Shown here: piece by piece, positions 46,328 to 57,465 of the stretch
Numbering within the stretch: position 1 is the stretch's first letter
How the letters are laid out: every line of letters starts with the position of its first letter
Assembly (NCBI GenBank): GCA_003171255.1
Contig: PMYK01000023.1
Location: 113,945-177,944, forward strand
Length of the DNA: 64,000 nucleotides
Direction of reading: 5' to 3'
DNA from: Chloroflexota bacterium
GTDB taxonomy: Bacteria; Chloroflexota; Limnocylindria; Limnocylindrales; CSP1-4
Position numbers and translations under genes: made by a program
Notes under the pieces: generated by a model
Seen by the model: only the letters and a program-made list of their open reading frames with translations
What the model was told of the DNA's origin: nothing
Database searches by the model: none

Positions 46328-46891
46328 ATGCCAAAGGGTCGAGTTCGGAGAGCAGATGGAGCGGCGCCGGCGGGCAACGCATCCAGGCTCGAGACATTCA
46401 TTGCGGAAGGTGTAGCTGGCCTGCCCAAGCCCAAGCGCGTTCCCAAGAAGCGAGTGATGCGGCTCGAGCGCCAGCTCGCAGGCGCTACCAAGACCGAGGT
46501 GCAGCGGGTCCGCAAGCTCGAGAGAGCTCACCGGCGCCGCCAGCGACTGGAGACTGCGGTAGACGCGGCCAGGATGGCGAAGTCCAGTCGGCTCCTGTGG
46601 AAGGCGGCTGCCAAGAAGGCCGCAAGCGCTTCGAAGGCAAAGGGCCTCGCCAAGACCGCCAAGACCGCCAGGGCCAAAGTCCAGGTCAAGCCGCCGGCCA
46701 AGGCCGCTGCACCTACCGCTGCACCTCCCGCTGCAAAGACGCCGACGCCGACGCCGACTCGGACCGCGACATCGAAGACGACCGCACGGACCGCAGCGAC
46801 CAGAACGCCCGCTCGGCCGGCGGCGCCGAGGACAACTACCAGGACCGCGGCGGCAAAGAGGAACCCCCCCTCGCCCGAAGTCCAGGCCTGA
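46328..46891 (+). CDS. Lys/Ala/Pro-rich basic protein, histone H1-like (putative nucleoid-associated protein)
   Basis: ATG with GGGAGGA 7 nt upstream; AKKAASASKAKGLAKTAKTARAK and PAAKTPTPTPT low-complexity repeats; preceded by an unusually AT-rich promoter-like stretch (46213-46327). Confidence 0.5.
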   Translation: MPKGRVRRADGAAPAGNASRLETFIAEGVAGLPKPKRVPKKRVMRLERQLAGATKTEVQRVRKLERAHRRRQRLETAVDAARMAKSSRLLWKAAAKKAASASKAKGLAKTAKTARAKVQVKPPAKAAAPTAAPPAAKTPTPTPTRTATSKTTARTAATRTPARPAAPRTTTRTAAAKRNPPSPEVQA

Positions 46892-46938
46892 ACCGTCGTC
46901 GCGGCAGACGGTCCGCCCAGACCGGGACCAGCGGCCGA

Positions 46939-48216
46939 TCAGGCGACAGGCGCGTCCGACATGGCGTCAACGGCCGGTCTCGCGTCCGGGTTCTTGGTCG
47001 TCCCGGCGACCGGAGCCGTAGGAATCGAGAATGTAAAGGTCGAGCCCGAACCCTCCTCGGAATCGGCCCAGATACGTCCGCCATGTGATTCGACCACGTG
47101 GCGCGCGATCGACAAACCCAGACCGGTGCCGCCTCGGCCCCTGACGCGAGCCCGGTCTACCTTGTAGAAGCGTTCGAAGATGCGGGTCAGGTCGGCGTTT
47201 GGCACCCCTATACCGGGATCCCGAACCCAGACCCTGACCTCGCCTTCCTCCTCCCGAACGCCGACCACGATCCGACCTCCGTCCGGGCTGAACTTGACGG
47301 CGTTATGAAGCAAGTTGATCAGGACCTGGCCCAGCCGATCCTCGTCGCCGCGAACAGGTGCGACATGATCGGGCAATTCGAGATCGAGGCGGAGACCCTG
47401 GCGTTCGGCAAAGAGACGGAGCCGTTCGGCAGTGGTTCGGGCGACGCGGACCAGATCGACGTCGTCGAGCAGAAGCTGCGCCGTCCCGCTCTCTATGCGC
47501 GACAGGTCGAGCAGCTCGTTGACCATCTGAGTCAGGTGCCCTGTCTCGATCTCGATCTTCGAGATCCGGTCCCGCAGACGAGACGAAGCCGACCTGGCGT
47601 CTCGAGCGGCCAGCTCAGCCAGCAGGCTGATCGTCGTCAATGGAGTACGTAGCTCGTGCGACAGGTTGTCGATGAACTCGGCCCGGATCCGCTGCAAGCG
47701 GCGCAGCTCCGACACGTCCTCCAGAACGAGCCACACGCCTGACACAGGCGAGCGGCGAGCCCGCACGGTCACGGTGGCGCCCGAGCCGGAGCGGACCGTC
47801 AACTCGCCATTGGCGGAGCCGAACTCCATCGCCGTCCGTGCGATGTCCTCGATGCGGGCGTCCACGAACGCCTCCAGCGCGGACCGTCCCACCATCGAGC
47901 CCGGCCGCCGTTCGAGCATCACGTGGGCAGCTCCGTTGGCAGACTCCACCGTCAGGTCGTCGCCAAGCCGAACCACGCCCGCCGTCAGAAGTTCGGTGAG
48001 GTAGCCTGTGTCGTGGCCCGTCTGCTCTGCCTGCCAGCGGGCATCGTCGGTCTCCTCGAGCGCCCGACGGACCCGTCTCTCGACATCGTCGGCGTCGGCC
48101 GCGCCGGTCGCCTCGCGCAACCGTTCGAGCGCCCGGCCGCGAGTGATGGCCAGCGCGAGAGCCCAACCCAGCAGCGAGGCCAGGGCCCCGATGAACAGGA
48201 TCTCGACCCAATCCAT
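46939..48216 (-). CDS. Sensor histidine kinase (PhoR/SenX3-like)
   Basis: N-terminal TM, PAS-like region, H-box LSHELRTPL and HATPase_c motifs (DPGIGVP, GGTGLGLSIA). Confidence 0.8.
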   Translation of the reverse strand: MDWVEILFIGALASLLGWALALAITRGRALERLREATGAADADDVERRVRRALEETDDARWQAEQTGHDTGYLTELLTAGVVRLGDDLTVESANGAAHVMLERRPGSMVGRSALEAFVDARIEDIARTAMEFGSANGELTVRSGSGATVTVRARRSPVSGVWLVLEDVSELRRLQRIRAEFIDNLSHELRTPLTTISLLAELAARDARSASSRLRDRISKIEIETGHLTQMVNELLDLSRIESGTAQLLLDDVDLVRVARTTAERLRLFAERQGLRLDLELPDHVAPVRGDEDRLGQVLINLLHNAVKFSPDGGRIVVGVREEEGEVRVWVRDPGIGVPNADLTRIFERFYKVDRARVRGRGGTGLGLSIARHVVESHGGRIWADSEEGSGSTFTFSIPTAPVAGTTKNPDARPAVDAMSDAPVA

Positions 48217-48387
48217 GTGTCGAGCATGGCACAGCTCAGGACGCTCGGCACGCAGACCGGGTCGATATGGCAGTGTGGACCGCCGACCGCTACCCTAACG
48301 GGTGTTGGTGTCTTGAGGTTCCGCGGCTGAGCCCCGACAGAGCCGGGCCGTCAGACCGATCGCTGCTTCTCTCGGAGGTTTGGCCAG

Positions 48388-49008
48388 GTGCCCTCGTTTC
48401 GACTGATCCCGCGCGAAGAGCGCTTCTTCGACCTCTTCGTTGAGGATGCCGCCAACGTCCTGGACGGCGCCCGCCAGCTCGAGGCCATGCTGCGCAGCTT
48501 TGACAACCCCGACAAGGCGGCCAAGAAGATCCGCGACACCGAGCACAGGGGCGACGAGATCAGCCACAACATCGGCCGCCGCCTGGAGGCGACCTTCGTC
48601 ACGCCCTTCGACCGCGAGGAGATCCACGCCCTGATCAGCGGCCTGGACGACATCCTCGATCTGATCGAAGAGGTAGCCGACACCTTCGTCCTCTACCGCA
48701 TCGAATCGCCGACCAAGATGTCGGTGAAGCAGGCCGCCCTGGTCGTTCAGGCCTGCGAGACGCTCCACCAGGCTCTGAGCAACTTGCGTGGTTTCAAGGA
48801 TCTGGACCCGTTCATCATCGAAGTCCATCGCATCGAGAACGAGGGCGACAAGCTAAGCCGCTCGGCGATCGCCGGGCTCTTCGACGATGGCGCCAAGACG
48901 ATCGACGTTCTCAAATGGAAGGATGTCTACTCGCTCCTCGAAGAAACGATCGACAAGTGCGAGGACGTCGCGGACCTGATCGAGCGCATAGTCGTCAAGC
49001 ACGCCTAG
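48388..49008 (+). CDS. DUF47 family protein (PhoU-like, TIGR00153 phosphate-transport regulator homolog)
   Basis: Family-typical N-terminus FDLFVEDAANVLDGARQLEAMLRSF and C-terminal IEVHRIENEGDKLSR block. Confidence 0.8.
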   Translation: MPSFRLIPREERFFDLFVEDAANVLDGARQLEAMLRSFDNPDKAAKKIRDTEHRGDEISHNIGRRLEATFVTPFDREEIHALISGLDDILDLIEEVADTFVLYRIESPTKMSVKQAALVVQACETLHQALSNLRGFKDLDPFIIEVHRIENEGDKLSRSAIAGLFDDGAKTIDVLKWKDVYSLLEETIDKCEDVADLIERIVVKHA

Positions 49009-49154
49009 CCGCCCTCCGACGGCGGATTCCGTCGTTGGCGGGTGCGCTCCTCGCTCGCGGGTCGGGCTATCTGTTCGACCCTCCGCTGGGGTCCACGGGC
49101 GGCGAACAGGATAGCCCCCGGCCTACCCCGGCCTAGCCCCGTCCACCCGCGAAC

Positions 49155-49193
49155 GTTAACGAACCGCCAACACCGCGTTAAGCCCGCGCCTTG
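49155..49193 (+). promoter_or_regulatory. Candidate PHO-box array upstream of pstS: four hexamers G(T/C)(T/C)(A/T)(A/T)(C/G) at 11-bp phase
   Basis: GTTAAC 49155, GCCAAC 49166, GTTAAG 49177, GCCTTG 49188; one-helical-turn spacing as for OmpR/PhoB-family direct-repeat sites. Confidence 0.3.
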
Positions 49194-49257
49194 ACGATTC
49201 CCTCGGAACTGGGAACAGGTTGATTGAGTTAGCTGCCCAGCAAGAGGAGACACAGAG

Positions 49258-50223
49258 TTGATCAAGGGAACTCGGCGCTTCGGCGCTCTGGCCATCGCGG
49301 CGGCGATGTTCGCCGCAGCCTGTAGCTCGACCGGCGCCACGCCCACGGCCGAGCCCACCGACACTCCGACGCCGGCAACTCCTGCGGCCGCCATGGCGTC
49401 CGTGGCCGCGTCGACCGCCCCCGTCGCGACCCCGGCGCCGACCACCAATTGCGTGACCGGTACCATCACGACCTCGGGCTCCACCGCCCTCCAGCCGCTG
49501 ATCCAGGACGCCGCAACGGCGTACGCGGCGGAATGCCCAGGCGCCACGATCACCGTCAACGGCGGCGGCTCGGGCACCGGCCTCAGCCAGGTTCTGGCTG
49601 GCTCTGTCAACATCGGTGAGTCGGACGTCCTGGCCAACACCAAGCTGGCCACTCCGGACGCCAACTCGCTCGTCGACCATGTCGTCTGCCGCCAGGGCTG
49701 GATCGTCGTAACCAACCTCGACGTGACCGGCGTCACGAACCTGACCACGCAGCAGAACCAGGACATCTGGACCGGCAAGGACACCAACTGGAATCAGGTT
49801 GGCGGGCCCGACCTCCCGATCGTCCTGATCTTCCGCCCGGCCTCGTCCGGTACGCGCGCCACCTTCAAGAAGCTGGTGCTCAACGGCATGACCGAGGCGA
49901 CCGGCGGCACGACCCTGACCCTCGACACCAACGGCGCGGTGACGACCGCGATCACCACGACCAAGGGCGCCGTGAGCGTCATCGGCTTCTCCTACTACAA
50001 CGACCCGACCAACAAGCCGCTCCTCAACGGCCTCCAGCTCGACGGCACAGACGCCACGATCGCCAACGTCGGAAGCGGCACCTACAAGCTGGCCGCCGAC
50101 GGCAACCTATACACCAAGGGTGATGCCACCGGCCTCACCGCGGCGTTCCTCCAGTACATGGTTGGTCCGGAAGTCCAGGGCACCATCATCCCTAAGGACT
50201 CCTACGGGCCGATCTCCAAGTAG
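49258..50223 (+). CDS. pstS: Phosphate ABC transporter substrate-binding lipoprotein
   Basis: TTG start with AGGAGA 9 nt upstream; lipobox AAACSS; PstS/PBP-like fold motifs (TITTSGSTAL, GGGSGTG). Confidence 0.85.
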   Translation: MIKGTRRFGALAIAAAMFAAACSSTGATPTAEPTDTPTPATPAAAMASVAASTAPVATPAPTTNCVTGTITTSGSTALQPLIQDAATAYAAECPGATITVNGGGSGTGLSQVLAGSVNIGESDVLANTKLATPDANSLVDHVVCRQGWIVVTNLDVTGVTNLTTQQNQDIWTGKDTNWNQVGGPDLPIVLIFRPASSGTRATFKKLVLNGMTEATGGTTLTLDTNGAVTTAITTTKGAVSVIGFSYYNDPTNKPLLNGLQLDGTDATIANVGSGTYKLAADGNLYTKGDATGLTAAFLQYMVGPEVQGTIIPKDSYGPISK

Positions 50224-50235
50224 GCTCGAAGCACG

Positions 50236-50285
50236 CTCCGGGTCCCGTGGTGACGAACGGGACCCGGAGCATTCCTGTTTCTCAC
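50236..50285 (+). terminator. Intrinsic terminator/attenuator between pstS and pstC
   Basis: Perfect 12-bp stem CTCCGGGTCCCG/CGGGACCCGGAG, 10-nt loop, followed by CATTCCTGTTTCTC. Confidence 0.55.
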
Positions 50286-50310
50286 GAGTGATCGCTTCGA
50301 GGCAGCGCCG

Positions 50311-51288
50311 ATGGCTTCACTGACAAGCGCCTACCCAACATCGAAACTGCGGGCCAAGCCTGGCCTGCTCGAGCGGCTCGACCTCCCGAGACGGGTCGTT
50401 TTCGTCGCGGCAGCCTCGATGATCATCGTCGTTGCCATGCTGATGATCTTCATCGTCTGGCAGGGCACCCAGCTGTTCGTCAAGGACGGCTACTCGCTCG
50501 GGGCGATCTTCGACGCCAAGTGGGACCCTCTGGCCGACACGCCAGAATTCGGCATCCTGCCCTTCATCCTCGGAACCATCGTCGTCACGGCGGGCGCGCT
50601 TCTGATCTCGACGCCGCTGTCGGTTGGCGTGGCGCTCTTCCTTTCCGAGGTTGCGCCCAAATGGGCCAAGTCGATCGTCCAGCCCGCTCTCGAGATCTTC
50701 GTCGGCATCCCGAGCGTCGTCTGGGGCTGGCTTGGCATCACGGTCCTGGTGCCCTTCCTCGCGGACACCTTCAACGGTCCGATCGTGATCTCGCTGCCGA
50801 TCGTCGGGACGATTTTCAGCATGCCGGGTTTCCTGACCGGCTTCTCATGGCTGGCGGGTTCGCTGGTGTTATCGATCATGGTGCTGCCAACGATCACCAG
50901 CGTCTCGTACGACGCCTTCCGCGCAGTGCCCCAGGAGCTTCGGACCGGCTCTCTGGCCTTGGGCACAACACGCTGGCAGATGATCCGCCACATCCTGATC
51001 CCGTCGGCGCTCAGCGGCGTGCTCACAGCCGTAGTGCTGGGCATGACCCGTGCCGCGGGCGAGGCCCTGGCGGTCCAGATGGTCATCGGCAACTCGCCCA
51101 CCCTGCCCGAGGCGATCACGCAGCCGATGACGACCCTGACATCGCAGATCACGCTCGATATGGGCAACACGGTGTTCGGCGAACCGTGGCAGGACGCGCT
51201 CTGGACAATGAGCCTGGTCCTGCTGGTCATCTCGATCACTTCGGTCGTACTTGTTCGGGTCATCAACAAGCGGAGGATGGGCTCGTGA
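50311..51288 (+). CDS. pstC: Phosphate ABC transporter permease
   Basis: PstC family, six TM helices, EAA-like loop; stop overlaps the pstA start. Confidence 0.9.
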   Translation: MASLTSAYPTSKLRAKPGLLERLDLPRRVVFVAAASMIIVVAMLMIFIVWQGTQLFVKDGYSLGAIFDAKWDPLADTPEFGILPFILGTIVVTAGALLISTPLSVGVALFLSEVAPKWAKSIVQPALEIFVGIPSVVWGWLGITVLVPFLADTFNGPIVISLPIVGTIFSMPGFLTGFSWLAGSLVLSIMVLPTITSVSYDAFRAVPQELRTGSLALGTTRWQMIRHILIPSALSGVLTAVVLGMTRAAGEALAVQMVIGNSPTLPEAITQPMTTLTSQITLDMGNTVFGEPWQDALWTMSLVLLVISITSVVLVRVINKRRMGS

Positions 51289-52238
51289 CCGCGAACGCAG
51301 GATCCATCGGCCGGAGCAGTGGCGCGAAACCAAGCCTCAAAGGCAAGGCCTCCCGAGGAAGCATCCTGGCCGACCGAGCGGCGACTGTCGTCCTGTGGGG
51401 AACGGGCGCGCTGGTCCTCTTGATTCTTGGCAGCATCATCCTCCACTTCGCCATGGCAGCGTGGGGTGTGGTCTCGCTTAGCTTCATCCTCGACAACCCG
51501 AGCCAAACCACGCTGGGCGGCATCATGCCGGTCCTGTGGAACTCGATCTACATGCTGGCGTTGACGATGCTCATCGCCGTTCCGGTCGGCCTCCTTGGCG
51601 GGATCTACATGGCCGAATACGCCGGCGACAACATCGTGACTGGCGCCATCCGGTTCGCCGAAGAGTCGATCAGTTCCGTGCCTTCGATCGTTGTCGGCCT
51701 GTTCGGCCTGATTCTCTTCGTCGACGACTTCCACTGGGGCTTCACCGCCCTGGCCGGCGCGCTGGCCCTGACCTTCTTCAACCTGCCGCTCATGACGCGC
51801 CTCTCGGAACAGGCTCTGCGCGCCGTGCCGCAGGACGAGCGCAGCGCCAGCCTGGCGCTGGGCGCCACCAAGTGGCAGACCATCAGGCACGTCGTCGTGC
51901 CGCTGGCCATACCGGGTCTGATCACCGGCGTGATCCTGACTGCCGGCCGGGTCTTCGGCGAGGCGGCCGTGCTGCTCTTCACAGCAGGCATCGGAACGCC
52001 GCCTCACTACAACTTCATGAACCTGGACATCACCAACCCAACCTCCCCGTGGAGTCCATTCCGCCCGGCCACGACCCTTTCGGTCTACATCTACAAGCTC
52101 AACTCCGAGGGCCTGGGAGCATTCAAGAACCAGATCGTCGATGGCTCGGCCGCGATCCTCATATCGATGGTCCTGATCTTCAACCTCGGGGCGCGTTTCG
52201 TTGGACGCGTCCTCTCCCGAAAGCTGACCGCCTCATGA
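51285..52238 (+). CDS. pstA: Phosphate ABC transporter permease
   Basis: GTG 51285 (GTGA overlap with the pstC stop); PstA family motifs. Confidence 0.9.
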   Translation: MTANAGSIGRSSGAKPSLKGKASRGSILADRAATVVLWGTGALVLLILGSIILHFAMAAWGVVSLSFILDNPSQTTLGGIMPVLWNSIYMLALTMLIAVPVGLLGGIYMAEYAGDNIVTGAIRFAEESISSVPSIVVGLFGLILFVDDFHWGFTALAGALALTFFNLPLMTRLSEQALRAVPQDERSASLALGATKWQTIRHVVVPLAIPGLITGVILTAGRVFGEAAVLLFTAGIGTPPHYNFMNLDITNPTSPWSPFRPATTLSVYIYKLNSEGLGAFKNQIVDGSAAILISMVLIFNLGARFVGRVLSRKLTAS

Positions 52239-53116
52239 GCGCTGGAGACGAGATGCCAATCACAGCTGTCTATCCTGAACCCGTGCTCCGGCGTGTCGAA
52301 GTGACGGCGCCTCGCGCGGCCGTCCAAGTGGCCGCCAGGCCCGCCGATATCAAGATCGCCACCGAGCATGTCTCGATCAGCTATGGCGATAAGGTTGCCG
52401 TCCGCGACGTGTCGCTCACGGTCCAGGACCGCTCGATCCTGGCCCTCATCGGACCATCCGGCAGCGGCAAGTCCACGTTCCTGCGCTGCTTCAACCGCAT
52501 GAACGACCTGATCCCCGGGGCCAGCGTCAAAGGCGAGGTCTGCCTGGACGGGGAGAACGTAATGGAGGCCGACGTCAGCGTGGTCGAGCTTCGGCGTCGC
52601 GTCGGCATGGTCTTCCAGCGGCCTAACCCGTTCCCGATGTCGATCTACGAGAACGTCGCCTACGGCCCGCGCCGCCGCGGCTTGAACGACCGGCGCAAGC
52701 TCAACGATCTCGTCGAGACCAGCCTGAAACGGGCTGCGCTCTGGGATGAGGTGAAGGACGACCTTCGGCGCAAGTCCGGCCTGGCGCTCTCGGGCGGCCA
52801 GCAGCAGCGGCTCTGCATCGCTCGCGTCCTGGCGACCGATCCTGAAGTGATCCTCATGGACGAGCCGGCCTCCGCCCTGGACCCGGTCTCCACGCTCCGC
52901 ATCGAGGAGTTGATGCGCGAGCTTCGCGAGGCCTACACAATCGTCATCGTTACGCACAATATGCAGCAGGCGGCCCGGGTCAGCGACGTTACCGCCTTCT
53001 TCACGATGGCCGACGACAGGGCCGGGTATCTGGTCGAGGTCGGACCGACCGGCCAGATCTTCACGCGACCCAGCGAGCAGCTTACCGAGGACTACATCTC
53101 CGGGCGGTTCGGATGA
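52235..53116 (+). CDS. pstB: Phosphate ABC transporter ATP-binding protein
   Basis: ATG 52235 (ATGA overlap); Walker [23 protein letters not shown], Walker [12 protein letters not shown]. Confidence 0.9.
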   Translation: MSAGDEMPITAVYPEPVLRRVEVTAPRAAVQVAARPADIKIATEHVSISYGDKVAVRDVSLTVQDRSILALIGPSGSGKSTFLRCFNRMNDLIPGASVKGEVCLDGENVMEADVSVVELRRRVGMVFQRPNPFPMSIYENVAYGPRRRGLNDRRKLNDLVETSLKRAALWDEVKDDLRRKSGLALSGGQQQRLCIARVLATDPEVILMDEPASALDPVSTLRIEELMRELREAYTIVIVTHNMQQAARVSDVTAFFTMADDRAGYLVEVGPTGQIFTRPSEQLTEDYISGRFG

Positions 53117-53898
53117 GCGCCCGGCAGCACGAGGAGTCGACGATGCGCTCCGTGGAGGATCAGCCCGGCATGCCTATCCTGGGATCGGGCACGCTCTCTG
53201 CGGTCGACACGGCCGCGGAGACTGAGCGACACGACGCCAAACGAATGCGCGAGAGTCTCGACGGCGAGATGCGCGAGGTCAAGGACGGCGTCCTGCGCAT
53301 GGGCTCGTATGTCGAGGAACAGATCCTCGCCGCCCTGGACGCAATCGTGCACCGCGACGCCGAGCTGGCCCGCAAGGTCATCGCCTCCGACGGCCGAGTC
53401 AACGAGACTCAACGGGCAGTCTCAGCCGTGGTGGCGATGACCATAGCGACCCAGGCGCCGGTTGCCCGTGATCTGCGGTTCCTGATGGCGCTGGACCGCG
53501 TGACCTACGAGCTCGAACGGATGGGCGACCACGCCGGCTCGGTCGCCAAGCAGGCCCGGAAGCTCGCCGGTGTGACCAGCATGGTCACCTACGACGAGCT
53601 GACGCCCATGGCGACGCTGGCCGCCCGCCAGGTCCGCGACGTGGTCATGGCCCTGGTCGACATCGACGAGCAGCGGGCCCGCGAGGTCGCCGCCCGCGAC
53701 GACGAGATCGACAGGCTTTACCACCAGCTCTTCGATGACGTGCTCGAGGAAATGCGTACCGATCCCGCCAAAGTGGACCCGGGCACACGGATCCTATTCG
53801 CCGCCCACTACCTCGAGCGCATCGGCGACCGAGTGACGAATATCGCCGAAGACGTAGTCTTCCTGGCCACGGGCGAGGTCGAAGACCTGAACCCATAG
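53113..53898 (+). CDS. phoU: Phosphate signalling complex protein PhoU
   Basis: ATGA overlap with the pstB stop; two PhoU repeats ([22 protein letters not shown]). Confidence 0.9.
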   Translation: MSARQHEESTMRSVEDQPGMPILGSGTLSAVDTAAETERHDAKRMRESLDGEMREVKDGVLRMGSYVEEQILAALDAIVHRDAELARKVIASDGRVNETQRAVSAVVAMTIATQAPVARDLRFLMALDRVTYELERMGDHAGSVAKQARKLAGVTSMVTYDELTPMATLAARQVRDVVMALVDIDEQRAREVAARDDEIDRLYHQLFDDVLEEMRTDPAKVDPGTRILFAAHYLERIGDRVTNIAEDVVFLATGEVEDLNP

Positions 53899-54028
53899 CA
53901 CCCGCCTGATCAGGTAGGGCGGAAGACGCCCTTCGGGTGTCGGCCAGCGGCAACCGGGCTCCCGACCTGCTAGCCTCTAGTCGACCGCCGGCGGTCGCCG
54001 GAGCCTAGGAACACGAGGGCGCACCGAC

Positions 54029-55174
<1,146 letters not shown>

Positions 55175-55213
55175 AGACCGCCGGCTTCCTGCCGACAACT
55201 CGCCACCTGCGCC

Positions 55214-55912
55214 TCAACCGCCCTCGGGGCGTCGCAGAACATAGCCAACTCCTCGGACAGTCTCCAGATACGCGGGATTTGCGGGATCGTCCTCGATCTG
55301 GGCCCGCAGCCAGTGGACGTGGACATCCACGGTCCTGGTCTCCCCGGCGAAATCGTAGCCCCAGACGTGCTCGAGCAGCTGGTCTCGGGTGAAGACGTGG
55401 CCGGCGTTGCGCAGCAGGAAGGCCAGCAGCTCGAAGGCCTTCGGTTTCATGGGCAGAACCTCGCTGCCGCGGAGCAGCCGTCGCCCTGCCAGATCCACTC
55501 TCACCTGGCCGATGTCGACGGTCTCCGGTTCAGGTGACATGGCCTGCGTCTCGGACCGGCGCAGCAAGGCCCGGATTCGGGCCAGCAACTCGCGGAAGCT
55601 GAATGGCTTGGTGACGTAGTCGTCGGCGCCGAGCTCGAGCCCGACGACCTTGTCCACCTCCGCGCTCTTCGCGGTGAGCATGAGGATGGGCACGCCCGAC
55701 TCGGCCCTGATGATCCGGCAAACGTCGGTTCCCGATATCTCCGGGAGCATCAGGTCGAGCAGTATCAGGTCCGGGTGATGGCGCCGGAAGGCCTCGACCG
55801 CCTCGCGACCGTCGGCAGCCTGGACCACCGCGAATCCTTCGTCCGCGAGACTTTCGGCCAGCGTCTCGCGGAGTGTCTTCTCGTCATCGACGACCAGTAT
55901 CGTTCGAGCCAT
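55214..55912 (-). CDS. OmpR/PhoB-family response regulator (probable PhoP/RegX3-like partner of the kinase at 46939-48216)
   Basis: Receiver motifs ILVVDDE, LILLDLMLP, KPF plus C-terminal winged helix (VWGYDF, RGVGYVL); same strand as the PhoR-like kinase, but separated by the plus-strand pst-phoU-pit block. Confidence 0.8.
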   Translation of the reverse strand: MARTILVVDDEKTLRETLAESLADEGFAVVQAADGREAVEAFRRHHPDLILLDLMLPEISGTDVCRIIRAESGVPILMLTAKSAEVDKVVGLELGADDYVTKPFSFRELLARIRALLRRSETQAMSPEPETVDIGQVRVDLAGRRLLRGSEVLPMKPKAFELLAFLLRNAGHVFTRDQLLEHVWGYDFAGETRTVDVHVHWLRAQIEDDPANPAYLETVRGVGYVLRRPEGG

Positions 55913-55923
55913 CCCGAGTACTC

Positions 55924-57432
55924 CTACGGGGTGGGGCCCGCCTGCGCCGCGAGCTTCTCGATCGCCCGATCCAGCCGGGCCAGCGTCCGCTCGTAGCCAA
56001 GGGCCACCATCGTATCGAAGAGTGGCGGTGTGGCTGTCCGGCCGGTGACGGCGACGCGGATGGCCATGAACAGATCGCCGGCCTTCCAGCCGCGATCCTC
56101 GACAAGACGCCGCAGCGGCGGCTCGATCTCATCCGCTTCCCACGCTACGCGGCCGATTTCGGAGATCGTCTGGCGGGCGGTCGCCAGGGCGGCGGCGGTT
56201 GTGGCGGCATCCCAGCGCTTCGGTACGAGGACCGCGACCTCCGGGTCGAGGTCCTTCACGAACAGGAAGCCGATCAGGTCGCCGATGGAATCGAGGGTCG
56301 GCAATCGCTCCTGGACGACGGGCAGCAGGGCCCGCAGCTCATCGTCCGCCGGCAGCCAGTCGATGCGCCCGGCATCGAGTTCGGCCTGCAGGAACGGCCG
56401 CAACCGGTCGATCAGGTCGGTCGGCGAGAGGCGTCGAATCCACTGGCCGTTGAGCCACTCCAGGCGCTCGCGGTCGAAGATGGCGCCGGCCTTGTTGACG
56501 GTCGTTAGGTCGAAACGCTCGATCAGCTCAGCGCTCGACAGAACCTCCTCCTCGGTGCCGGTCGACCAGCCGAGCAGCGCCAGGTAGTTGACGAAGGCCT
56601 CCGGAATGAACCCCTCTGCCCGATATGCGGCCACCGAGGTCTGGCTCTTGCGCTTGCTCATCTTGGTCCGGTCCGGGTTGAGGATGAGCGGCAGGTGCGC
56701 GAACTGCGGGATGGCCGATCCCAGAGCCTCGAAGAGAAGGATGTGCTTGGGCGTGTTGGAGAGGTGGTCTTCGCCGCGGATGACGTGGCTGATGGCCATC
56801 GCCGCGTCATCGACCGCAACGGTGAAGTGGTACAACGGCGAGCCGTCGGAGCGCACGATCACCAGGTCGCCGCCGAGGGCGCTGGTATCGATCTCGACGT
56901 GGCCGCGGATTATGTCGTCGAAGGCGATCGTCCGGTCCGTCGGGATCCGGAAGCGCACCACCGGTGAGCGGCCGGCGGCCTCGAAGGCGACCCGTTCGGA
57001 CGCGGTCAGGCGGGCGCAGCGGCCGTTGTAGCGTGGCGACTGGTGCGCCGCCTCCTGGCGCTTGCGCTCGGCATCCAGCTCTTCGGGCGTGCAGTAGCAG
57101 TAGTAGGCCTTGTCCTCGGCCAGCAGGCGCGTGGCGGCTTCGGTGTAGCGCTCGAGTCGCTGCATCTGGCGGTACGGCCCATATGTTCCGTGCTCGGTCC
57201 CACCCGCGACGCCGGGCCCCTCATCCCACGTGATCCCGAGCCAGTGCATCCCCTCGATGATGTCGCGTTCGTAGGCCTCGGTGGAGCGGGCCTGGTCCGT
57301 GTCCTCGAGACGGAAGATGAACGTCCCGCCGGTATGGCGCGCGAAAAGGAAGTTGAACAGCGCCGTCCGGGCATTGCCCAGGTGGAACTGTCCCGTTGGG
57401 CTGGGCGCGATTCGAACCCGGATGTCGGTCAT
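55924..57432 (-). CDS. gltX: Glutamate--tRNA ligase
   Basis: Class I motifs PSPTGQFHLGN (HIGH-type) and KMSKRK (KMSKS). Confidence 0.9.
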   Translation of the reverse strand: MTDIRVRIAPSPTGQFHLGNARTALFNFLFARHTGGTFIFRLEDTDQARSTEAYERDIIEGMHWLGITWDEGPGVAGGTEHGTYGPYRQMQRLERYTEAATRLLAEDKAYYCYCTPEELDAERKRQEAAHQSPRYNGRCARLTASERVAFEAAGRSPVVRFRIPTDRTIAFDDIIRGHVEIDTSALGGDLVIVRSDGSPLYHFTVAVDDAAMAISHVIRGEDHLSNTPKHILLFEALGSAIPQFAHLPLILNPDRTKMSKRKSQTSVAAYRAEGFIPEAFVNYLALLGWSTGTEEEVLSSAELIERFDLTTVNKAGAIFDRERLEWLNGQWIRRLSPTDLIDRLRPFLQAELDAGRIDWLPADDELRALLPVVQERLPTLDSIGDLIGFLFVKDLDPEVAVLVPKRWDAATTAAALATARQTISEIGRVAWEADEIEPPLRRLVEDRGWKAGDLFMAIRVAVTGRTATPPLFDTMVALGYERTLARLDRAIEKLAAQAGPTP

Positions 57433-57465
57433 GGGCTAAGTGTACGGGGCGGCGGCCTGCGCGCC

